DNA of 64,000 nt from a virus, in the IMG/VR virus record IMGVR_UViG_3300037010_002844, positions 64,001 to 128,000 of that record; one strand, 5' to 3'. Within the stretch, counting starts at the first letter, position 1. Each line of letters begins with the position of its first letter. The notes beneath the pieces were generated by a model. It did no database searches, was not told where the DNA came from, and was given only the letters and a program-made list of their open reading frames with translations. Made by a program: the position numbers and the translations under genes. This document shows positions 17,852-25,621 of this stretch, piece after piece.

Positions 17852-19570
17852 ATGAATCCTAACTCAACTACAGTTGAATTTACATGCGCTCGTTGTGGTC
17901 GAAACCACGAAACGCTACGAGCATTGAAGATCCACGAGGCACGACACAGGCGAGAAGACGCCAGGCCTCCCAAACAGGTGTCAACTTACGCGTGTCCGTG
18001 GTGTGAGGCGTCATATGACAGCGGGCGTAAGTTGACATTGCACTGCACAAAAACGCACCAAAAATCACCCGTCGTTGTGTATGAAACAAGGTACCCAGGG
18101 TGCAGGAAGACGTGCATCGATTGTTGCGACTGGGTCAGGTTCATCGATCAAGAAAAAGGATACCCCGAACGGTGTCCACGTTGTAGCCGAAAACACGCAT
18201 ACGCGTCCAAGGGCACCTCGTCATGGAACAAAGGCCTGACGAAAGACAATGACGAACGCATGTCAGCCAGTGCTGCAAACATGCGAGCTCACTACAAGGA
18301 ACACGGTCACCACAACTCCGACAAGACAAAGGAAAACAACGAAAGCCTTAAACAAAAGGCGGCAAAAATCAGCGACAGCCTGCGGAGGTATTATGCAACG
18401 CACAGCGGCTGGTCACTTGGCCTGACAAAGGATACGTCTAGCATCATTGAATCTCGCAGTAAGAAGATCAGCGCTTCGTTGAAAGGACGATTCTTTAGCG
18501 ACGTAACGCTTGAAAAAATGCGCAAGGCAAAGTTGCTGACGCACGACGAGGTACAAAAACGCCTCAAAGAAAAGCAGCTTAAACTCATTGACGAATATGT
18601 CGATACTGTCACCAAAGCGCGCATCGAATGCACGATATGTTCAACAATATTTGAGCGTTGCGTTGGCGCAGTGTTCAACAACGAGGCCAAGTGTCCCACC
18701 TGCTTTCCGCCTTGGTCAGACAAAACGAGCAGGTGGCAACAGGACGTCTACGCATTTATCCAGACGCTGGCACCTGACGCAGTCCTTAGCGATCGTAAGA
18801 CGCTCGGCGGAATGGAGCTCGACATACTCATTCCATCGCGCATGTTTGCCATCGAGTGCAATGGCCTATACTGGCACAGCGAGGCCGCCAATAGATTTGA
18901 GCACGATCACGCGGAAAAGAAGAGATTGCTGTCCCTCAAAGCCGGCGTATCGCTTTTCACGTTATTTGAGGATGAGTGGCGCGACAAACGACCGATAATC
19001 GAAAGCATGTTGCGCCATCGCCTTGGGTTTTCTACCAAAGTCGATGCGCGTAAGTTGAAAGCAGAACGCTGCGAGCCCGAAGAAGTTCGAGAATTCATCA
19101 ATCAGTGCCACCTCGACGGTCACGTGAGGGCCCAATTTGCCGTGCGATTGGTAACCTCATCGGGCGAAATCGTAGGCGCCTGCAGCCTTAGGTGGGCACG
19201 AAATGGGGCAGACAGAACGACGATTGAGATCGCTCGCCTGTGCTTCAAGCTTGGCACACATGTACGAGGCGGGGTGTCAAAATTGCTATCAAAGGCAAAA
19301 GCTATAGCAAGAGAAAACAATGCAGCGAGGTTGATGTCTTACTCAGACAATCGCTTGGGAGGAAACGGTTATGCCACCTCAGGCATGAAGTTCAACGGTA
19401 CCACAGTCGCTCGCTTCTGGTGGACTGACTTCATGCATCGTTACGACAGGTTCAAGTACCGAGCCAACAAGAAGCAAGGTCTAACAGAAAAACAGGTAGC
19501 GGAGGCTGCCGGCGTTTATCGCATCTATGGCTGTAGCAACTCTCGCTACGTCTTAGACGTCACAGCGTGA
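17837..19570 (+). mobile_element. Homing-endonuclease gene on the opposite strand inside the intein-3 gap (C2H2-like finger, NUMOD3-like repeats, Vsr-like nuclease, conserved C-terminal domain).
   Basis: Contains CARCGRNHETLRALKIHEARH, then WNKGLTKDNDERM and SDKTKENNESL and GLTKDTSSIIESRSKKIS, then MELDILIPSRMFAIECNGLYWHSE. The C-terminus is YSDNRLGGNGYATSGMKF...FWWTD...IYGCSNSRYVLDV. Its ATG at 17837 overlaps, head to head, the ATG at 17848 of fragment 4. Confidence 0.8.
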
Positions 19571-19872
19571 CGCTAATGTCATCGTCAAACTTTGAGGACG
19601 CATTTTCTTTGAGCCAGAAGATGGCGTCAATTGTGCGCTCGTCGGCGTCGGCGTCATCGCACGACGTAGCCCCATAGTATGGGGGCCAAATCGTGCTCAA
19701 ACCCTTTAACGCGCAGTTTGACCTGACAATCTTGAAATTCAGGATTTTCTGCAGCTCTCGTCTGAGCTATTCTTTCCAGGCCAGACACTATCACATCATC
19801 TGCTCGGCAGAATCGCCGTTGTCTGTAAGCTGCACCGCATCAACGTTGCTCGGACACGGTCCCAACTCCAGC

Positions 19873-20610
19873 TCAAATTTCATAGTTGCGCTCGCTGTGG
19901 TCTGTTCTTCTCTTAGACGCGCACCAATCGCTGCAAAAATTGTCTCCTTCGCCACACGCAAGGAACGTGCCAGGAATGACGCCCATGCAATAACCGACGT
20001 CATGTGATGGATCACCTCCACTTAGAATGGACGTATTGAACGGTACCACGTGGAATCTGTGATCGTCTTCAACAGTCAGGTCGACGTATCTAGCGTTGGA
20101 AGAGCCCCAACCACCGTGCTCGATCGATACGACCTCAACGCTGCCGCATGATGCCATCAATTCATCTCCGACCTTAAGGTCGCGGCAGTACACGATGACG
20201 CCGTCAGCTCTGACAAATTTGTGACCGGGCACCACCAAAATGTGGCCCAACGTACCATCATTGGCCCTAACTCTGACCCAGACAGCGTCCTCGAATGGCC
20301 GCAAATTTCTAGCATAGGTCGCAGTTACTGCGTGTGGCATTCCATCGCCTCCCAGGACGACGTCGCCGACAATGATGTCAACAGCTCGCTTATGAGTGCC
20401 GTCTGTCATGACGACAAGATGGTCCTCGTGGACGCAGTCGATATCAGGAGCACCAGAGTTATGTGTCAGCACCCAATCGCTATCGTTGTTGGACACCCAA
20501 AACGTATGCTGGCCTTCGACCTCGATGTCGATGAGTTCTACACTTTCATCGACAACCTCGATAGCTTCAATTTTGGCCGTGCTTGCTGATGAGATGTTGG
20601 GTTCCTGCAT
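19873..20610 (-). CDS. dnaE: DnaE fragment 3: C-intein 2, 7-aa extein, long N-intein 3.
   Basis: C-intein 2 at 20458-20610 ends ELIDIEVEGQHTFWVSNNDSDWVLTHN. The extein SGAPDID is at 20437-20457. N-intein 3 runs down from 20436 as CVHEDHLVVMTDG...VVPGHKF...ARYVDLTVEDDHRF (to about 20053). About 60 unrelated codons follow. Confidence 0.8.
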   Translation of the reverse strand: MQEPNISSASTAKIEAIEVVDESVELIDIEVEGQHTFWVSNNDSDWVLTHNSGAPDIDCVHEDHLVVMTDGTHKRAVDIIVGDVVLGGDGMPHAVTATYARNLRPFEDAVWVRVRANDGTLGHILVVPGHKFVRADGVIVYCRDLKVGDELMASCGSVEVVSIEHGGWGSSNARYVDLTVEDDHRFHVVPFNTSILSGGDPSHDVGYCMGVIPGTFLACGEGDNFCSDWCASKRRTDHSERNYEI

Positions 20611-21532
20611 AGTCCCTGTGCTCTAGATTGGCAATCGTATGGTACAAACCTTGTCGACGAAGTTCACCATAGAAGTCATTCATGTACACGACGTCGATGC
20701 GCTGACCAGACGCCACAACGACTTCCCGTGAACGTGCGTTTGAGTTAAGCAACTTTGAGAAACGCGATTTGCCTTCTCGCACACCTTTCAACTCCACGTA
20801 TCGGTCCTCATCACTGAACCAAAAGTCTGGAGTGTAACACTTCTCTTTGCCATCGATGACAACATGGAAAGACCTATGTTCATAGAATGGCATCTTACCG
20901 AGGTGCAAGCAATATCTGTAGTAGTCGGCTTCGAACGAGCTCTTGAAGTACGGGCTGTTTAGGATGTCGGAACGAAAACACGAGCGTCCGTTCACATGTG
21001 AAGCAACCATATCACGTGACTGTGCCTCGCGGGTGCACCGTTTGGAACAGAACCGCGGCACGTAGCTCTTCTTGGTGACGATCGGTTCGCTACAAACTTC
21101 GCATACCAACGTGTGGCGGTCAAACCTCGATGCAGCGAAACATTTGGGTGAACAGAACCTGCGATTGACGTTCTTCGTTGAGAAAGTGCCTAGACACTGT
21201 ACACATGTCAGTGTACGGAGCTCATTCTTTGTCAGCGCTTTCGCAGTGTACTTGTGCCTGCACGCATTCGAACATAGTTTTCTGTTGTTGTGACACTTTG
21301 GAACGTAGAACTCATCGCCGTACTCGACGCACGTCTTCACAAGCCTCGAGGGCATGGGAGCGTGTGACATCAGCTTCCTGTGAGCGACGGCACACTCATC
21401 AGTGCAGTACGGGCGATGGAGCCTACTACCAGAACCCTTGCAGTTGGGCTCATAGTTGAACTGAAACATAATACCACAGTGTTTACACTGTTTCTCAATG
21501 ATGCTCATAGTGGTACGTGTACAGCTCGTCAC
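20567..21532 (-). mobile_element. Free-standing homing-endonuclease gene in the intein-2 gap (four CxxC...FCSxxC zinc modules plus a T7 endonuclease I-like PD-(D/E)XK domain).
   Basis: The repeats are CKHCG...RPYCTDEC, CVEYG...RKLCSNAC, CVQCL...RRFCSPKC and CEVCS...PRFCSKRC. The C-terminal KCYTPDFWFSDEDRYVELKGVREGKSRFSKL matches the T7 endo I YTPDF...FVETKG core as recalled. Confidence 0.7.
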
Positions 21533-21992
21533 TCGTCGACAGCTCAGATGTATACTTCTTCACAGGTTGTCCATCAGGACCCACTGTCAACCACACATGA
21601 TTTTCAGAACACGTGAACGTAGTACCATTCACCTTCACGCGGTACGTCTTCTCATGTTTTGTGGTCATGGTGAACGTAACTTTACGGTGTGAGCCATCCT
21701 GTGAGACAACGCTGTCACCGACTTTCACGTCTCGAAGCGCGGACGACGAACCATCTGACATCAATACCTTTGTGTCTGGCGACAGACACCTGTGAACGCT
21801 AAGGAATCGCGCGAAAGGCAGGTCCCAGAACAACGGGTCCAAGTCGGTGATGTATAGGACGTAGGCGACCAGAGAGCCACCGCCCGAATTGTGGACTGCA
21901 ATACCTTCCACGTTGTAAGTGTGGCTGTTTTCCACACACAGGTCTACGACCTCACCCTTATACGGTACGACAGTCTTACTTCTGAGCTTCAT
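21495..21992 (-). CDS. dnaE: DnaE fragment 2: C-intein 1, 33-aa extein, N-intein 2.
   Basis: C-intein 1 at 21888-21992 is [35 protein letters not shown]. The extein at 21789-21887 is [33 protein letters not shown], matching the DnaE GSAAGSLVAY..ITDIDP..FERFLNPER region. N-intein 2 at 21498-21788 is [13 protein letters not shown]...CSENHVW. Confidence 0.85.
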   Translation of the reverse strand: MKLRSKTVVPYKGEVVDLCVENSHTYNVEGIAVHNSGGGSLVAYVLYITDLDPLFWDLPFARFLSVHRCLSPDTKVLMSDGSSSALRDVKVGDSVVSQDGSHRKVTFTMTTKHEKTYRVKVNGTTFTCSENHVWLTVGPDGQPVKKYTSELSTSDELYTYHYEHH

Positions 21993-22076
21993 GATATGCG
22001 TTCGCTCTCTTCATGTAAGCCTTGAGATCCCTGTCTAATAGACATTTGACGAGGATCAGGTAAACTTAGTTGAGTT

Positions 22077-23762
22077 TCATTCAACCTCGATTAGGTCATC
22101 ATCTTCAGTCAAGTGTTGTGCTTCAATCCACCCACGATTCTTCGTCAGAAACTTATGCTCCTTGGTGCACCTGATCTTCTTACCGTCATCAAACTCGAGT
22201 TCTAGCAGCTCCTCATCAACCTGATACCTGAAGATCTGAGTCACCATCTGATCAACACCATATGCATCCTTGATAACGTCGCCCACCTTGATGGTGCCAA
22301 TGGGAGCATGCATGCCGTCAGCCATTAGAACCCGCGTCTCAGGAACGAAACAACCGCGGGCTGGGCCGGTAAGGCACACATTGCGTGCCAGCTCCATGAT
22401 CTTCTGGTAGGAAATGAAGTAGTCAGAGTTTTTCATCACCTTAATGACGCCGAGTTCCTCCTTGAGGCGCGCGATATACTCTGGCTTGTCTTGAAGACCA
22501 CGCTTCACCATGCCCACCTTACAAAGCGAGATGAGGTGATTGAACGAGGTCGTGCCTTCGGGCACCAACAACCTCGTCGGAAACTTGGGCGAACGATCGG
22601 GTGGAATCTCCCCGATGACACTGTGTGCGATATCGTGAGTCCGCTCAATGGCGTCACAGACGACTTCATCGTCATACCAGTCGGTGCCTTCCTTGGAGCG
22701 CTGGTACTCATCCCACATCTGTTGGGCGTTCTTCGGATAGAGCTCACACTTCAGCTCATCCTTCGACTTCGGAATCGCGTCAGGATTGATCTCCTGGTAG
22801 TTCATCCAACCCAGGCGCTTGTAGAGCTCACGGTCCTTCCAACGATCGGGATTATAGTAGTGAGCATCGCCGGTGACGATCAGCTGCTTGTTGAGCCCAT
22901 TGCGACGAGCGAACTCCAGGATCGCGCGGTTGACGAGGTTCTGCGCCGGTAGGCGATTGAACTGCAGCTCGAGGAAGTAGTTTCCTTCGCCGACTGCATC
23001 GACCATGTGCTGGTAGGTATTGCCCACCGCGACAACGCATTTCTCGAGCAGCACAGGGTCACTGAGCAACCGTGCGTCGAGCTCGTCAAACTTGTACTGT
23101 TGGATTTCCTGGAATATGGAGTACGCCGGCATGCCGCCGATACAAGCGCTGCTGACGATGATGTCGCCGCCTTTGGCTGCCTCTTTGAGGACAGCATGGT
23201 CAATGCGCGGGAACTTGTAGAAGCCCTTCAAGAATCCCTTCGAACATGCTGCGAAGATCGCCAACAGGCCCTTCTGGTTCTTGGGCAGAATGACTAGGTG
23301 ATGCCGTCGGTTGACGGGATTGAAGTGTTTGGTCGATTTGGACTCTTCCTCGTTTTCGACAGTCAAGGCGTTGGACATCTCAATGTCCTCAGTCTCATCA
23401 TTTTCATCGATGGTGGCGATGATCTTGGTCTGCAGCTTTTCCTGCTCCTTAGCAAGCTTGGCCGCAACCCTCCTGTCTCCCTTCGCCTGCTCTGCGAGTT
23501 CGACGTCCTTCTTCCATTGCTCCAGGTCGGGATGGTAGTACGCCTCGACGCCGGGAATGTACTTGAACGACTTTCCCTTATTGGCCTTGGCCCACTCCTC
23601 GACCCACAGTTGAGCGTGGGCATAGGAGTTCATGTTCCCGTGCTCGGTGATGGCATGGCCATCGAGCCCGTTCTCCATGCACCACTTGAAGTGTTCATCG
23701 GGATAGCCCAAACCATCGAAGGGCGCATTACGAGAAGCCCGTGTGGTTGTGCAAACCGACAA
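22077..23762 (-). CDS. dnaE: DnaE fragment 1: PHP and N-terminal half, plus N-intein 1.
   Basis: Contains FDGLGYPDEHFKWCMENGLDGHAITEHGNMNSYAHAQ (PHP) and ends ...CLTGPARG, followed by N-intein 1 at 22080-22352 (CFVPETRVLMADG...CTKEHKFLTKNRGWIEAQHLTEDDDLIEVE*). The track start (TTG 23762) is an artefact. The real N-terminus is in another frame (see 23728..23820). Confidence 0.85.
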   Translation of the reverse strand: MSVCTTTRASRNAPFDGLGYPDEHFKWCMENGLDGHAITEHGNMNSYAHAQLWVEEWAKANKGKSFKYIPGVEAYYHPDLEQWKKDVELAEQAKGDRRVAAKLAKEQEKLQTKIIATIDENDETEDIEMSNALTVENEEESKSTKHFNPVNRRHHLVILPKNQKGLLAIFAACSKGFLKGFYKFPRIDHAVLKEAAKGGDIIVSSACIGGMPAYSIFQEIQQYKFDELDARLLSDPVLLEKCVVAVGNTYQHMVDAVGEGNYFLELQFNRLPAQNLVNRAILEFARRNGLNKQLIVTGDAHYYNPDRWKDRELYKRLGWMNYQEINPDAIPKSKDELKCELYPKNAQQMWDEYQRSKEGTDWYDDEVVCDAIERTHDIAHSVIGEIPPDRSPKFPTRLLVPEGTTSFNHLISLCKVGMVKRGLQDKPEYIARLKEELGVIKVMKNSDYFISYQKIMELARNVCLTGPARGCFVPETRVLMADGMHAPIGTIKVGDVIKDAYGVDQMVTQIFRYQVDEELLELEFDDGKKIRCTKEHKFLTKNRGWIEAQHLTEDDDLIEVE

Positions 23763-23820
23763 ATCGTCGGGGCACTCGCACCGAGCTTCCCTTGGCGTCC
23801 TCCTTTCCTTGCTGCGTCAT
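23728..23820 (-). other. dnaE: True 5' end of dnaE (PHP motif I), out of frame with the rest of fragment 1.
   Basis: ATG 23820-23818 (ATGA overlap with the upstream stop) gives MTQQGKEDAKGSSVRVPRRFVGLHNHTGFS, then TAA at 23730-23728. Removing one base in tcg-t-aat would read ...GFSNAPFDGLGYPDEH, the canonical PHP HxH...DG continuation. Confidence 0.7.
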
Positions 23821-24137
23821 TTACCTTCCCACCTTACCTTGTCACGGTACTGTAGACCCAATTGACGGTACTGGACACCGTCAATGACCACGATAGTCAC
23901 TTCAGGAAACTTGATTCGCATCAGTGCAAGCTGATAGCACGCCTTGTCAGACCACCTTCCCTTAATTTCGTAGTACACGCTTTCATCGTGAACGAAAATC
24001 TGGTGTGTACCAAGCCGGCCATGTCGGCGATCTGCGGCAACGTGGCCATACCAATGGGTATCAGCACGCGGAGCCACTTGGGCAGCTTGTTCCAGGTGGG
24101 CTTCAGCTGGGTGACGAGCTATGAAACAACGATGCAA
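23817..24137 (-). CDS. Small T7 endonuclease I-like protein, probably a degenerate homing-endonuclease remnant.
   Basis: THQIFVHDESVYYEIKGRWSDKACYQLALMRIKFPEVTIVVIDG parallels YTPDF...FVETKGLWESDDRKK...HPELDIRIVF. The PD aspartate position is not conserved. Confidence 0.45.
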   Translation of the reverse strand: MHRCFIARHPAEAHLEQAAQVAPRADTHWYGHVAADRRHGRLGTHQIFVHDESVYYEIKGRWSDKACYQLALMRIKFPEVTIVVIDGVQYRQLGLQYRDKVRWEGK

Positions 24138-24211
24138 CCAGCGGCAACCTCGGCAGCAATGTCTGCAAGAACCATGTCGTCATGGTAAACCGGAAGCGAT
24201 CAGTTTTACAT

Positions 24212-25234
24212 CTAGGCGATGACCTTCCGGAAGTAATCGATGGAACGTTTGAGGCCTTCTGCGAGCTGCACCTTGGGCTCCCACCCTAGACGATTCTGGG
24301 CTTGGGTGATGTCGGGCCGACGCTGCGTCGGGTCATCGACAGGCAGCGGTTTGTAGTCAAACCAACGGGCCACATCGCGGTGAGGTGCCTCGCGCCCACC
24401 GTAGATTTGGTGAATGACCTCCTTCGCCAACTGATTCATCGTGAACTCGTGCGGGTTGCCGAGGTTGATGGGCATCCGCGGGTTGTTGCCCAGATCGCCC
24501 AAGGTCACAATGCCTTTGATCAGGTCGTCCACGTAACAAAAGCTACGTGTCTGTTGACCGTCACCGTAGATCGTCAACTTCTCGCCCTTCAAGGCCTGGA
24601 CGATGAAATTGCTGACGACCCGGCCATCGTATGGGTCCATGTGCGGACCGTAGGTGTTGAAGATCCGGACCATGCGAGCGTCGACACCGTGGGTATGTAG
24701 GTAGTCATAGCACAGGGCCTCTGCCGCACGTTTTCCCTCGTCGTAACAGGCTCTGGGCCCGTAGGAGTTGACGCGACCTCGGTATGACTCGACCTGCGGC
24801 GAACTCTCGGGATCACCATAGACCTCAGAAGTCGAAGCGTGGACCACGATCGATCCATGCGATGCCGCCAGTTCCAGGACGTTCTGGACGCCTAGCGTAC
24901 AGGTCATCATGGTCTCCACGGGCATGCGCTGGTAGATGGGCGGCGATGCTGGGCAGGCGAAGTTGTAGATGATGTCGAAGCGTACCGAGTGCATCGACCC
25001 GGTGTCGTAATCGTGAATCACGCGACTAAAGCGACTGTCTCCATGGACGTCAGCGATATCGCAGTACATCAACGTCGCCAGCGGAAACTTCTTGATCTCA
25101 TCGACCTGAATCGACTCCGGCTTCGACGAACAGAAATTGTCGAGGCCGAGGACCTTGTCACCCGCCCTCAAGTGATGTAGCATCAAGTGCGAACCCAGAA
25201 AACCAGCGGCTCCCGTGACGAGGACAGTCTTCAT
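24212..25234 (-). CDS. UDP-glucuronate decarboxylase (UDP-xylose synthase)-like extended SDR.
   Basis: VLVTGAAGFLGSHL, then ASTSEVYGDPESSPQVESYRGRVNSYGPRACYDEGKRAAEALCYDY. This closely matches the UXS signature ASTSEVYGDP...GPRACYDEGKR as I recall it. Confidence 0.85.
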   Translation of the reverse strand: MKTVLVTGAAGFLGSHLMLHHLRAGDKVLGLDNFCSSKPESIQVDEIKKFPLATLMYCDIADVHGDSRFSRVIHDYDTGSMHSVRFDIIYNFACPASPPIYQRMPVETMMTCTLGVQNVLELAASHGSIVVHASTSEVYGDPESSPQVESYRGRVNSYGPRACYDEGKRAAEALCYDYLHTHGVDARMVRIFNTYGPHMDPYDGRVVSNFIVQALKGEKLTIYGDGQQTRSFCYVDDLIKGIVTLGDLGNNPRMPINLGNPHEFTMNQLAKEVIHQIYGGREAPHRDVARWFDYKPLPVDDPTQRRPDITQAQNRLGWEPKVQLAEGLKRSIDYFRKVIA

Positions 25235-25243
25235 GCGTCCATT

Positions 25244-25585
25244 CTATCCAATCGTCACGTGCTCTACACTGCCTTTACGCGGGTAGCTTTCGAGATACGC
25301 AATCAACAAGCGTCTTGACACGGGCTCCCAATCAATGCCGGCGCTTCCGCGAGACATTTCGTCGAACCAAAACTGAAAGACGTCGGAGACCATTTGAACC
25401 GCAATGGGCGTTGCTTCCTCGGCATCTGCGAGTTGAAAACCCGCCTCGTTGAAGCGCGCCAGGATTGACAACGCCTCACTCTCGTACTCGTCATCGTGCG
25501 GAGAGTGAAGACCCATCGGATCGACCTCGTAGAGGATTGTAGCCATCTCAATGAGGAGTTCTGCTTTGCTCTTCGCCTTGTCCAT
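25244..25585 (-). CDS. Hypothetical acidic protein.
   Basis: 113-aa ORF. No motif recognised. Confidence 0.5.
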   Translation of the reverse strand: MDKAKSKAELLIEMATILYEVDPMGLHSPHDDEYESEALSILARFNEAGFQLADAEEATPIAVQMVSDVFQFWFDEMSRGSAGIDWEPVSRRLLIAYLESYPRKGSVEHVTIG

Positions 25586-25621
25586 GCCCTCAATGTAACA
25601 CAGGAAGCGATATTTAGTTCA

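Noticed and set aside
20053-20075. HRFHVVPFN|TS read as the C-terminal splice junction of a contiguous mini-intein in fragment 3.
   Set aside because: The residues after FN|T (SILSGGDPSHDVGYCMG...) do not continue the DnaE sequence. The true continuation (TDLARRDEVLDEL) follows VVVHN at 17798 in the next fragment.
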